Below are positions 10,453 to 20,128 of a DNA stretch of 64,000 bases, piece by piece. The first letter of the stretch is position 1; each line of letters starts with the position of its first letter. A program made the translations under genes and the position numbers. The stretch spans positions 10,757-74,756 of the IMG/VR virus record IMGVR_UViG_3300013936_000023; one strand, given 5' to 3'. The notes under the pieces were generated by a model. It had not been told where the DNA came from. It did no database searches and was given only the letters and a program-made list of their open reading frames with translations. Origin of the DNA: a virus. Its lineage: Duplodnaviria; Caudoviricetes.

Positions 10453-10475
10453 CCTTCTCCTCCTTTCATAAAAGT

Positions 10476-12321
10476 TTACCAGACAAGCTCGATATCATCG
10501 AGGTCGTCGTCGTCAGTTTGTTGTTGTCTGAGCCATTCCTGCTCAATCAACGACGCAATATAATTGCCATAAGACAAGATAACGGCTCTATCCTTAGTCC
10601 CGCTTCTTGGCTCGACCAGCTTGATTTTATCGTTGCGATATTCCGGTTTTAGCTCGATACACTCTTGAATGAGCATATCAACCTCACCATACGGCGCAAC
10701 ATCATTCGCAATCTCCTCAGCGCTCATCGTGAAATACGAGCCATCGTCTTCAATTTTATTCTGCCGGTCTTGCATTGACACGAGGAATTTGATATTATTA
10801 AGGTCGAGTTGCTTACGCAATGTAATCCACATCTGGCTGTTGAGGTCTTGCGTGCCAATCATCGGGATGATAATACGTTGCGGGTCATTGTCAACCACGC
10901 GGCTTCTCAAGTCGTCAAGCTTTGTTGTCGGCACAACTTGATATATCAGCATCTCGGAAATGCCGAGACCATGCGGATTCCAATTTGCCCCACGCTCAGG
11001 ATTTTCCTTGGGCTGGGACATATAGTTGTACAAGGTCTCGCCGCCGTTGCGAAGGTCAAGTATATAGTAATCCGCGCCATAGTCATAGACCAGCGCTCTA
11101 ATGCGGTCGGCAGCTCCAAGACTATCGCTCGCCTCGAATTGCTCCATATAATCAACATGACGCTCAAACCGCGTCTTTCGCCAATGCAACGACATACACA
11201 TGATTTGCGTATTATCGTTCTTTTGGCTCGTCGTAGTGTTGGCAAATGCAAAGTCCGAGATAATCAATCGAACCTCATTGTCCTCACGTGGGACATTGTG
11301 CATTTCAGCCCCAAGATATAGTTGCTCAACCGTCGGCGGTCTAAAGCATTGCTCAAGGATTTGGTTTTCCTTAAACGTCTTGAGCTTAAAGAACGCGTCT
11401 TCGGCTTCGCCCACCATCTCATTCAGGTCTTCCATGCGAAAGTCCATCTCTGAATCTTGCTTGCCTTTACGATAGTCAGCCCAAGTCTTCAGACGGTTCT
11501 CAATCGCCATGAAAATATCGCCCGCGAATACATTGCTCACGGTGCGCTTATCGACAAAATGGTTGGTCACAGTCTGCTTGAACGCGCCCCAAAACCATTC
11601 AAACTTATATCGCGCAGACGTGATATAGATGCGCTGGCACTGCTCAACCCAGCGCGGATTTTCCGCATAGAGCGGATTATCAAGATATTTGGCTTGACGC
11701 GGATGCGGCATCTTCTCGAAGACGGCATCCAATATGCCCTTTTTAAGTAAGCGTACCTCTTCGTAAATCAAAAGCGTCGCACGTTCACCACGACTTGATT
11801 CCACACACGGCAAGACAACAATCGTCGAGCCATTTAGCTTGTTCTCAATCCTTGTGCCATCATCTGGCTTAGTGATGACAATGTATTCATGCTCATACAT
11901 ATAGAGCAGATACGGCGAGAGCTTCTTGATAATTTCATCACGTATCTTTTTGTCGGCGAGCTTATTCGCCTGAGACACAGTTGACGAGGTGATAACAATT
12001 TCGCTATATGGATATAGGTTCATCTTGCAAATCGCACCAAGACCAGCCATGAACGACTTAGATAGACCACGAGAGCATATCGCAAAGAATACATTGGATA
12101 TGCCCATGAGGTAAATCATAATCATCTGGAACGGGCGCAACTTGATACCAAGTACCATGTCAACGTAGATGTGCCAGTTGCGGCGATACCTAATAAAGGG
12201 TCAGCCACTCAATGGCATTTTCTTCACGCTCTATGTCTTTTCTGCGTGCAGACCCTTGCTCGGTGGTAATAAGATGGTTTGCCATAAATTTTCTACGCAA
12301 GCCACCCATCTGACTCTTCAT
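10476..12321 (-). CDS. terL: terminase large subunit, interrupted by a 7-nt insertion at 12186-12192
   Basis: LRPFQ Q-motif, Walker A CSRGLSKS, Walker B LIYEE, ITSA motif, C-terminal KDR nuclease motif; N-terminal 43 codons (12321-12193) lie in a different frame. Confidence 0.8.
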
Positions 12322-12335
12322 TCAACATCACCACC

Positions 12336-13199
12336 TTATTGTTCCTCACGCGGAATATCAGGATAATTTCTCGAACCGCCAACAAGATTCTGCAAGCACC
12401 TCATCAAACCATCCCAAGTTTTACCAAATCCGCTAAAATCCTTATATTTCTCAAGGTCTTCACATTCAGCGGGCTTAGTATTCTCAATAGTAAACGCCAT
12501 CCGCTCAATGAATTTCTCTGTCTCGCTTTGCTTATTATCTTTGAAGTCATCAAGTTTCAGCATAGACATAAGCGTTTTGATTTGGTTGAACGTGTCCTTA
12601 TCACCCTCGCCTTTGAACTGCTTCAGCTCTGCGCGACAAAGGTCACGATAACGCAACGTCATAGCCGTATCCATCTCAAGAATGTCCTTAGTGTAATCCT
12701 CAAAATATTCATCAAGCCTCTGACAATCCTCATCGTCATAATCTTTGCCCCAAACCTTATCCCATTGCTTACGTTGAGCATCCATATCTTTCTGCATCGG
12801 CTCTTCGGGCGATTGCTCAATGCCAAGGTCGACAAACTCTGAAAGCTGCATATCGCTATCAAAGATGCCACGATATTGAACGCCGCCATCCTTAAGCAAC
12901 GCAAGGTAAAGCCCAAACGGCTCAGGTCTGCGCCCCTTGCCATCAAGCCCATCATATTGGGCCTTGAGCAAATTGAACTTCTCCCGCAAGAACGGCACGC
13001 CCATCTCCATACAGAGACACCACAACGCGCCCCATCTTGAATCAAGAGCCTTAGACGCGGCATAATATTTCTTGCTTACGCATTCGCGGCAATATGGCAA
13101 AAATTCGCCAGAAGCAATGGGGCTTGGATAAAATTTCACCTTATCCTTTACCGTAGAACAGCAAGGACAATAGCGCTGTTTTGCTCTATTTAATTCCAT
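12336..13199 (-). CDS. zinc-finger protein, putative terminase small subunit
   Basis: N-terminal CPCC...CREC; directly upstream of terL. Confidence 0.5.
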   Translation of the reverse strand: MELNRAKQRYCPCCSTVKDKVKFYPSPIASGEFLPYCRECVSKKYYAASKALDSRWGALWCLCMEMGVPFLREKFNLLKAQYDGLDGKGRRPEPFGLYLALLKDGGVQYRGIFDSDMQLSEFVDLGIEQSPEEPMQKDMDAQRKQWDKVWGKDYDDEDCQRLDEYFEDYTKDILEMDTAMTLRYRDLCRAELKQFKGEGDKDTFNQIKTLMSMLKLDDFKDNKQSETEKFIERMAFTIENTKPAECEDLEKYKDFSGFGKTWDGLMRCLQNLVGGSRNYPDIPREEQ

Positions 13200-13214
13200 A
13201 TCCCCTCAATCCTT

Positions 13215-13775
13215 TTATTCAATATGCAAAGATAGCGAGCCAGTGCGCAACCAGCCCGCTATTTCGCCACAATATTCAGTTGTAGACCGCAGTATCACCG
13301 TTGCTACGGGACTTACGGTAGATTTAGAATCACCTCCTTCAAACTTTGGCCTGAATCTTCCAGACAGTTGGTTGCAAGTGAGATGACCTCCTCTCTTTCG
13401 AGAAATTTCTTCCAGCCGCCATTGATTAGTAGCGGCGAGCGTTTATCCTTTGCTCAAAGCATCTTTTTCAGTTCTCGTATCTAAGAGCTGTCGAGTCGCT
13501 AATTTGTATGCCGCCACACGACAGGTCGGCAATCATTGTTGGGTTTTGCATGAACCGCTTACACGATTCAAGGAACTCTTTGTGCTCATGGCACATGAGA
13601 TAGTTAAGTGTCTCGCCCTGCGCAAGGCCGACAATTTCAGCTTGCTCCTACGGTCTTAGCTTTTCGGCTCAAGTAGGAGACACATCCATTAGGACAATCT
13701 ATCCAAACTTCCTTGGGCGGGCCTGATGCCTCACAAGCGTTTCAGACACAATCACTATATGGTCGCCCAAGAAAG
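13215..13775 (-). ncRNA. large highly structured intergenic RNA (unassigned; ROOL/GOLLD-like size class)
   Basis: No credible ORF in ~560 nt; many stems whose G-U pairs only work on the - strand. Confidence 0.6.
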
Positions 13776-13781
13776 ATTGAA

Positions 13782-14990
13782 TCAAAGGTAATAATTGCGA
13801 CTCCAAGTCTTGCCTTGGTCGTCTGTGTACATTGCCATATAGGCGCTGGGTCTTGCCGAGACGCGAATTTTTTTCGCGAATGCGTCCACGCCAACAATCG
13901 AGCCAACCCGTGTCAGCAGTCTATCGCCAACGTCGGCGTAGCCAATCGCTTTGGATTCGGGGCGATGCAGATGGCCAGCCAAAATTTCATCACAATCGAC
14001 ATTGTAGAGATTGCCGAAATAATCTAACGTGGTCTTGAGGTCTTTATCTTCGCCATGCTGGAACATGATGTTCGTACCACGAATTGTTTTGATGGCAACA
14101 TCTTGATAATCATCAACCTTGATATCGTCAAATCCTGCGAGCCTGAGCTTTAAGAACTCAACCACAATCTTAGTCAGGTTCTCACCCTCAAACTGCGGGC
14201 GAGAGGTCAGGGCGCGAATCACGTCGTGATTTCCGCCAATTGTGACAACATTGATTGGGCAATCCAGATGTTCAGACACAGCCACCAGCCATTCAGCCAT
14301 AAACTCACCGAAACGAATCACGGTATCAACAACTGGCTCACGCAGCTTGGTCAAACTCGAATCCCTGAGAATATTCTCGAAGCAGTCGCCAAGAATCGCC
14401 ACGGTCAAGTCGTCAAACGCAAGGTCATCATCTGCAATCTTGTCGAGCAAGCTCCACATTCTCGCGCACATGATATCCCAACTGTAAGCGTTGACAATCT
14501 CGCCATACATCCCCTTAATTTCAAAGGTCGAGCCAGCGTGAAAATCTGAGATGGCCAACAACGCCGTGGTCTTTGTGGCGTAGTCAATCGGGTGATATTT
14601 AATGCTCTGCCGCTTGATTGGCTCAAGGCGATTCACAGCGGCAATCAGTTGCTCGTGGAACATATCATTTCGAGCTTCTGCACGTTGAGCAGCATTATAT
14701 TCAAGATTCGCCGTCTGGACTTTCAGCTTCTCAGCTTTGATATCGTCGAGCAACTTTCTCAACCCAGCTTCATCATCGCCAGATTCAATTTGTTCATCAT
14801 CGAGATTTTTGACAAAGATGGCGAACACCTTTGCAGCACGACGAATATACTCGTCGCTAAAGACGTCGCGATAATCCTCTCCAAGTACCTCGACCACCCA
14901 TTGCTGATAGTCAATCAACTTGGCATCAAGATTCTCCGTCGCCAATTTCGTTTTCTGTAGGTACGTCATCCTGTTCTCCATTCTTTCCAT
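13782..14990 (-). CDS. calcineurin-like metallophosphoesterase
   Basis: Motifs SDFH, GD, GNHD, HGE, GHLH. Confidence 0.8.
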   Translation of the reverse strand: MERMENRMTYLQKTKLATENLDAKLIDYQQWVVEVLGEDYRDVFSDEYIRRAAKVFAIFVKNLDDEQIESGDDEAGLRKLLDDIKAEKLKVQTANLEYNAAQRAEARNDMFHEQLIAAVNRLEPIKRQSIKYHPIDYATKTTALLAISDFHAGSTFEIKGMYGEIVNAYSWDIMCARMWSLLDKIADDDLAFDDLTVAILGDCFENILRDSSLTKLREPVVDTVIRFGEFMAEWLVAVSEHLDCPINVVTIGGNHDVIRALTSRPQFEGENLTKIVVEFLKLRLAGFDDIKVDDYQDVAIKTIRGTNIMFQHGEDKDLKTTLDYFGNLYNVDCDEILAGHLHRPESKAIGYADVGDRLLTRVGSIVGVDAFAKKIRVSARPSAYMAMYTDDQGKTWSRNYYL

Positions 14991-15480
14991 TTAACTTCTT
15001 GGCAAGCAACGCTGAGAAGCCGCCTCTTGCTCGTTGAGCTTTGTGTTCATTCTCAACGGCTATAATTTCCTTTAACACGTTATTCTCTTCTTCAAGCTTC
15101 TGCATGCGCATCATACGCTCATAGTCACGCTGACTCATCACGTGATTCTTTGCGCGTTTACGAGCCGCTTGTGTCACAGCTCGACCATTGATGTCGTTGA
15201 TAAAGTCATCGGCGTTGTGCCACACAGGCACATAGCGCTCTGGTTGAAGATAGTGAACCTTGCCGCCAGTCTTAGGGTCTGTCTGCTCCTGAATGTATTC
15301 GTCAACATGGCGGCAATCAAACCAACCCAGCTCAGGCAGATAGCAATACTGCCCGTAGTACAGATTTCGCTTGATGACCTCTGTGAACACCTTCCACCAT
15401 TTCTTGGCCACGCCGACATCTTTACTGTCATTCAGACGCAAAGCCTCATAGTAAAAATCTCGCTCAGTTGGTCTTGCCAT
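14926..15480 (-). CDS. HU/IHF-like DNA-binding protein with C-terminal extension
   Basis: Helix pair then LPELGWFDCRH...PKTG arm pattern. Confidence 0.5.
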   Translation of the reverse strand: MARPTERDFYYEALRLNDSKDVGVAKKWWKVFTEVIKRNLYYGQYCYLPELGWFDCRHVDEYIQEQTDPKTGGKVHYLQPERYVPVWHNADDFINDINGRAVTQAARKRAKNHVMSQRDYERMMRMQKLEEENNVLKEIIAVENEHKAQRARGGFSALLAKKLNGKNGEQDDVPTENEIGDGES

Positions 15481-15811
15481 TTTCATCACCCGACTTTACA
15501 GTTGTCGCCTCACGAATCTTTTGCGCGAGACCCTGAGAGAACCGTATCTTGACAAGACGATAAGCATCAAGATGAGGAATTACACTTTTCTCTTGTTTGA
15601 CAATGTTGAAATGCTCAACATTATCTCTGGCTGGCATATCTTTGTATGTGATGGTTGCCAAATACGGGACAGGAAGTCCAACACCAGCCATGATGGATTC
15701 CTCGGCGACATCTCTCAGTGCCTTAAACGCCGCATCAAGGTCTTCATATCTCAGATGTGCGCGAAATGCAACCTCTGAGATGACCTCCTTGTTTGTTAGT
15801 CTTGGATTCAT
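15464..15811 (-). CDS. HU/IHF-like DNA-binding protein
   Basis: LTNKEVISEVA...DAAFKALRDVAEESI...VKIRFSQGLAQKI; YonN-like position. Confidence 0.6.
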   Translation of the reverse strand: MNPRLTNKEVISEVAFRAHLRYEDLDAAFKALRDVAEESIMAGVGLPVPYLATITYKDMPARDNVEHFNIVKQEKSVIPHLDAYRLVKIRFSQGLAQKIREATTVKSGDENGKTN

Positions 15812-15871
15812 ATTTTGTTCCTTTCTCCCTATTGGGGCACAATTTGTAGTATTGCCATTTTGCACAAACCA

Positions 15872-18481
15872 TTATATTGCAATGGCTTCAACGATTTCGC
15901 CGTGCGAAGTTTTTGGCTTTGGAGATTCCCACCTATCCTTTGCTCTTTGTCTCTCAGCAACATCATAACACGCTGCGCCGCAATACTTTTGCAGTTCATC
16001 TCGCGGCTTAAATCGCTTGCCGCAGATTGGGCAAATCTTCCCAGCGCCCACAAGATTCCTCTCGAGGTTGCGCACGATATCCCAACCAAAGCAAGCCCAC
16101 AACATTTTCTTATTGCTGGACTTCTTGACCGTGTAAGCATAAGCCACAAGGCTATTCACAACATACGCCAAATCTTCGCCGCTCGCCGCCAAGATTTCTT
16201 CACGGACTCGCCGCGAGATATAATCATCGCCATCCTTGATGTTGTCCAGCTCTTCGTTGAATTTTGCTCGATTCCGCAACCAGTAGTTATAAGCCTTTAT
16301 GACTTCAGAATCTTCGCGGATTGTATAGTCGACATCTTTGTTGATAAGCATCCGCCAATCAAATTTACCGATGTTTTTGTTGTATTTTACTCTGGCGTCT
16401 GGTATGCTGTTAGATATGCGGTCCATCGTCGAGCCATTGGGTTGCTCAACTTGCCAAGATTCTTTATCTTTAGCATAAATAAAGAACTGCGGGACGCTCG
16501 ACTTAGTATATCGCTTGATGATCTTGTCAATGCTCTTAGGGCGCTCAGGTAGCCATAAAGTCTTGGCGTAGTCAATCACGGCGTTGTTCTCAAAACAGAG
16601 CCATTTGACCACATCAAGTTGCTCTTGGCCAATCTTACCGCTATTCCAAATCTTCGTGATGTTATTGGATATCGGCCCGATATTGCCGCCAGTGTAAGCA
16701 TGAATCATTCCTTGATACATCGACTCCGGCGTAAGCACAGCGGGCTGGGCCTTCTTGAGGTCGTAGGCCAGCGGTCGAATGTCTGTCATGTTGCGTTTGG
16801 CAATCTTGGTGAGCGTGCGGTCTTTGACTACGAGGCTCTTGTCTCCATCACAATCAAACATGAGGTAACGGCTGATAAGGTCGTGAGTAGACGTGTAGAT
16901 GCACTTGGTCTCGCCAAACCACTTGTCAAGCTCAGTTGTGCGCGTGTTGGTCTTGACCGCCCATTCCCTATACAAGTGCGGCGAGCGGAGACACGCCAAC
17001 TCATCACCGTCGCGGTATTGGTTGGTATACACCTCCCCATCCGCAAGCAGACCCCGTGGATTTTGTTCACCCTTGAATAGCCACTCGCAAAAGGCATAAA
17101 GGTCAGGAGACAGAAACAAGTACTTGCCATTCACGCGCAACCGACCGCCACGCGCTTGTTTGACAAGGCTCTGCTTAGCTTGCTTCAGAATCTCGCGGCT
17201 GTAAACATCCTTAAACAGCTCAGGGTAAATCTCAAGTGCCGCTTGCACAGCCGACTTATAGCGGTTGTACGGCGTAGCTCCAAGTAGCCGCATAGTAGTT
17301 TGGTAATCCGCGCCGATAGTCTCAATCTCGTCAACCGTGCGCTTGGTCAACCGCTCAATCTCGCCATCCGTCATATCGCTGAGAGTCTGAAGCATCTGGT
17401 AGTTGATACGGCTCTTAGGGATATACGCCTCCTCGATATTGCAGAAGCTCGCCTCGCAACCATATGCCTTGAATCGCGCTTTATAGCATTCCCAACTCGC
17501 GTAGTATTTCCAGAGCTTGAATTGGCTCTTGGTGAAGATATAGCGAATATCCTCAAGCACAACATTGTGCCGCTGACCGTAGATATCTGTGACCCACCAT
17601 TGGTCAGGCGTACATTTTTCGCGCAGGAATTTGTCGAACGGAAAGTAGACCATCAAACCCTTGACCCACGGCAAACGAACCATGCGCGTCGGCTTGTCAA
17701 GCATGATACCGCAGCCATCCATGTGGGGGATAGGCGTATCTGTCAACTCGCGCTTGATTTCATACGTCATGCCGTCAATGTGGTCAACCTCACCAGCCAC
17801 CAGTGTCTCAAAATCGTCAACCACAATGCTCTTGTCGATATCGAAATCTTCCCAAACGTCCGTAGCAGAGTTCATCAGCGCCAGATATGCCAAGAACTTG
17901 TTGCAATTCATGCCGCCTTGCCGATTGATATCCTCGATGGTCAATCCACACATCAGGCGTTGCTCTACGCGGAGAAATGCGGACTCGCGGATGAACACGG
18001 CCCTCTTGGTGCGGATTTGGCCAGCAGAAGCAGTGAGGAAAATGTAGTGCTCGCCATCCCAATCAAATCCTTGCTTAACAAGATTCTCAAAGACCTGAAA
18101 GAAAAATACGTTGACGATAATCAAATCCTTGGTAAGCTGGAACGTCTTGAGGTTCAAAGCTCGCGTCAAGCTCGACTCAAACAGGTTGATGACGTTGCGG
18201 TCTTTGAGCGCCTCGGCATTGAGCTGTCGCGTGACACCTTCAGCCGCCCGCTTGTCAAGAATCGCGCTCAGGCGTTCTTTATGCTTAGCAAGACAGCGGT
18301 TGTACGCCGATACGCGCCATTGACCATCCCAAGCATTGGTTTTACCATCCTTGAGCCGCGTCTTTAATTTTGCTCGCGCCGAGTACATCTTGGCCATACG
18401 CCGATGAATCGCTTGCTCATCTGGCTGGTAGAATGTACTGGTATCGCACGAATAGAGATATACTTGATTCGTCAAACTCAT
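15872..18481 (-). CDS. yonO: YonO-like single-subunit double-psi-barrel RNA polymerase
   Basis: 869 aa with catalytic FDCDGD (DxDGD) and LRSPH motifs; upstream of the head operon as in SPbeta. Confidence 0.8.
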   Translation of the reverse strand: MSLTNQVYLYSCDTSTFYQPDEQAIHRRMAKMYSARAKLKTRLKDGKTNAWDGQWRVSAYNRCLAKHKERLSAILDKRAAEGVTRQLNAEALKDRNVINLFESSLTRALNLKTFQLTKDLIIVNVFFFQVFENLVKQGFDWDGEHYIFLTASAGQIRTKRAVFIRESAFLRVEQRLMCGLTIEDINRQGGMNCNKFLAYLALMNSATDVWEDFDIDKSIVVDDFETLVAGEVDHIDGMTYEIKRELTDTPIPHMDGCGIMLDKPTRMVRLPWVKGLMVYFPFDKFLREKCTPDQWWVTDIYGQRHNVVLEDIRYIFTKSQFKLWKYYASWECYKARFKAYGCEASFCNIEEAYIPKSRINYQMLQTLSDMTDGEIERLTKRTVDEIETIGADYQTTMRLLGATPYNRYKSAVQAALEIYPELFKDVYSREILKQAKQSLVKQARGGRLRVNGKYLFLSPDLYAFCEWLFKGEQNPRGLLADGEVYTNQYRDGDELACLRSPHLYREWAVKTNTRTTELDKWFGETKCIYTSTHDLISRYLMFDCDGDKSLVVKDRTLTKIAKRNMTDIRPLAYDLKKAQPAVLTPESMYQGMIHAYTGGNIGPISNNITKIWNSGKIGQEQLDVVKWLCFENNAVIDYAKTLWLPERPKSIDKIIKRYTKSSVPQFFIYAKDKESWQVEQPNGSTMDRISNSIPDARVKYNKNIGKFDWRMLINKDVDYTIREDSEVIKAYNYWLRNRAKFNEELDNIKDGDDYISRRVREEILAASGEDLAYVVNSLVAYAYTVKKSSNKKMLWACFGWDIVRNLERNLVGAGKICPICGKRFKPRDELQKYCGAACYDVAERQRAKDRWESPKPKTSHGEIVEAIAI

Positions 18482-18602
18482 CTGCTACTACATCCTTCTC
18501 GAATTGCCAATCGGGATAATCGTCAAGCTCTTCCTGCTCGACCTCTAATCGCTGTCGCATGGTCAACTTTGGCTGGTTGTACGACATCTCTCGCCATTTC
18601 AA
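18417..18602 (-). CDS. small hypothetical protein
   Basis: TTG start after GAGGAGGTG; overlaps the RNAP start. Confidence 0.35.
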   Translation of the reverse strand: MKWREMSYNQPKLTMRQRLEVEQEELDDYPDWQFEKDVVADEFDESSISLFVRYQYILPAR

Positions 18603-18642
18603 GTTTTCACCTCCTCGCCTTTCTCTCTAACTCTTTTATTGT

Positions 18643-18671
18643 ATTATAACACATGATATGTTAGCTATCAA
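18643..18671 (-). promoter_or_regulatory. sigmaA promoter for the RNAP operon
   Basis: TTGATA-N17-TATAAT on - strand. Confidence 0.65.
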
Positions 18672-18715
18672 TAGATATATTAGAAATTATCATAAAATAT
18701 TTTATCAAGTTATAC

Positions 18716-18744
18716 TTGACAAATCTATTATTATATGCTATAAT
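18716..18744 (+). promoter_or_regulatory. sigmaA promoter
   Basis: TTGACA-N17-TATAAT. Confidence 0.75.
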
Positions 18745-18840
18745 ATTTTATATAGCTTATATAATAATAAATATATTAGTTAGTAAAAGGATAGAAAAGG
18801 GGTTGTAGGGGAAAGGAAAGGGAATGGTAAAAATTTCCTC

Positions 18841-18869
18841 TTGACAATCTCGACTCGTCATGATATACT
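18841..18869 (+). promoter_or_regulatory. sigmaA promoter
   Basis: TTGACA-N17-TATACT. Confidence 0.65.
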
Positions 18870-18977
18870 CGCAAGCGAGGTAAACGAAAATGTTGCAAAT
18901 GCAACAATGTAAATGTTAATAGTTTATTTACAGAATATTCATGATGCTGTCATAGAATCTTGATATAATTACCATAA

Positions 18978-19056
18978 TGGCAGGACAGGGAGTCATGACC
19001 TTGTTGATACCCTCAATATCAACTAACTGCCAAAATTTTTAATACTTGAGGGGTAT
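18978..19056 (+). promoter_or_regulatory. HEG leader RNA copy A (3-way junction plus anti-SD pseudoknot)
   Basis: P1 TGGCAG/CTGCCA, P2 ACAGGG/CCTTGT, P3 TTGATA/TATCAA; loop CCCTCAA pairs with TTGAGGG. Confidence 0.65.
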
Positions 19057-19061
19057 GCAAA

Positions 19062-19832
19062 ATGAATGAAAATGAACGCATTTGGAAACTGTATCGGTAC
19101 ACATGCAAGCATAATGGCCTTATCTATATCGGCATAACCAGCAAAACACTTGATGAGCGCTGGATGAATGGACATGGATATAAGAGCAATCCGAGGCTTA
19201 ACAATGCTATTCAGAAATATGGAGTAGATGGATTTATTCGGGAGATATTACTTGACAACTTGACTCAGCAAGAAGCGTTCGAAAAAGAAATTGAATATAT
19301 TGCAGAATTTAATGCCACAGACAAAAATGTGGGATACAACATATCGATGGGCGGAACAGCGCCAATGGCAGGGAGACATCATTCAGAAGAAACCAAAAGG
19401 ATGTTCTCTCAAACAAGACTTGGAGAAAACAATAGTTTTTTCGGAAAACATCATTCCGACAGAACCAAAGAAATTTTAAGCGAAGCCAACAAAGGCAAGA
19501 AGCATACGGAGGAATGGAAGAAAGAGCAATCTAAGCATTCTAAAATTTGGCACCAGACACATGACAACCCAATGCTTGGAAACCATAGATTTGCCGGTGA
19601 GAACAATCCTATGTATGGCAAGCGTGGCGGGGATTCTCCTTTTGCCGTTAAAGTTGCAAAGTTCTCTCTGGACGGTAAGTTGCTTGAAGTGTTTAATTCG
19701 ACAACAGAGGCGGCGCAGTCTATTGGAGTTTACAATGGAGCTCATATTACAGAGTGCTGTAAGGGAAGACGTAAAAAGTGTGGTGGTTATATATGGAGAT
19801 ATTTTGTGAACGAACAGGAGGAAGAAGAATGA
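19062..19832 (+). CDS. GIY-YIG homing endonuclease with NUMOD3/NUMOD1 modules
   Basis: LYRY...YIGIT...R...E motif; HSEETK/HSDRTK repeats; VAKFSLDG...FNSTTEAA. Confidence 0.85.
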   Translation: MNENERIWKLYRYTCKHNGLIYIGITSKTLDERWMNGHGYKSNPRLNNAIQKYGVDGFIREILLDNLTQQEAFEKEIEYIAEFNATDKNVGYNISMGGTAPMAGRHHSEETKRMFSQTRLGENNSFFGKHHSDRTKEILSEANKGKKHTEEWKKEQSKHSKIWHQTHDNPMLGNHRFAGENNPMYGKRGGDSPFAVKVAKFSLDGKLLEVFNSTTEAAQSIGVYNGAHITECCKGRRKKCGGYIWRYFVNEQEEEE

Positions 19833-20128
19833 GTGTATGGGTATATGAGGGGCATCTCAGCGGATTGTACACATCGGATTATCCGGAAGACCCAGAAGAT
19901 TTGTATTGCGAGCAATGCGGCGGTAGCGATTGGGAAATTGGGTGCTTTGAGACGTTTGCAGATTTTCTTAAATACTATGCTGACAATATTCACGTCGATG
20001 ATGGTGACGGCGGGTTTGACCTCGACTTTGTTATCTCGTCCGTCATGTATTCGTTTGATGACGAGCTAACACGAGAAGAAGCGGCGAATATTGTCAGAGC
20101 GGCAAGAAAAGAAATGGAGGAAAAATAA
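19829..20128 (+). CDS. hypothetical protein (CxxC)
   Basis: ATG overlaps upstream stop; SD GGAGG. Confidence 0.6.
   Translation: MSVWVYEGHLSGLYTSDYPEDPEDLYCEQCGGSDWEIGCFETFADFLKYYADNIHVDDGDGGFDLDFVISSVMYSFDDELTREEAANIVRAARKEMEEK

Noticed and set aside
12190-12192. Amber (TAG) recoding to explain the terL stop
   Set aside because: Readthrough stays in the wrong frame and hits TGA soon after; other genes are intact in code 11 and no suppressor tRNA is seen.
13200-13780. Group II or group I intron identity for the large RNA
   Set aside because: No domain V (AGC/CGC triad with GNRA) or P7 R/S elements recognised, and no interrupted host gene flanks it.
18795-18825. G-quadruplex in GGGGTTGTAGGGGAAAGGAAAGGG
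   Set aside because: One run has only two G; weak support and no context evidence.
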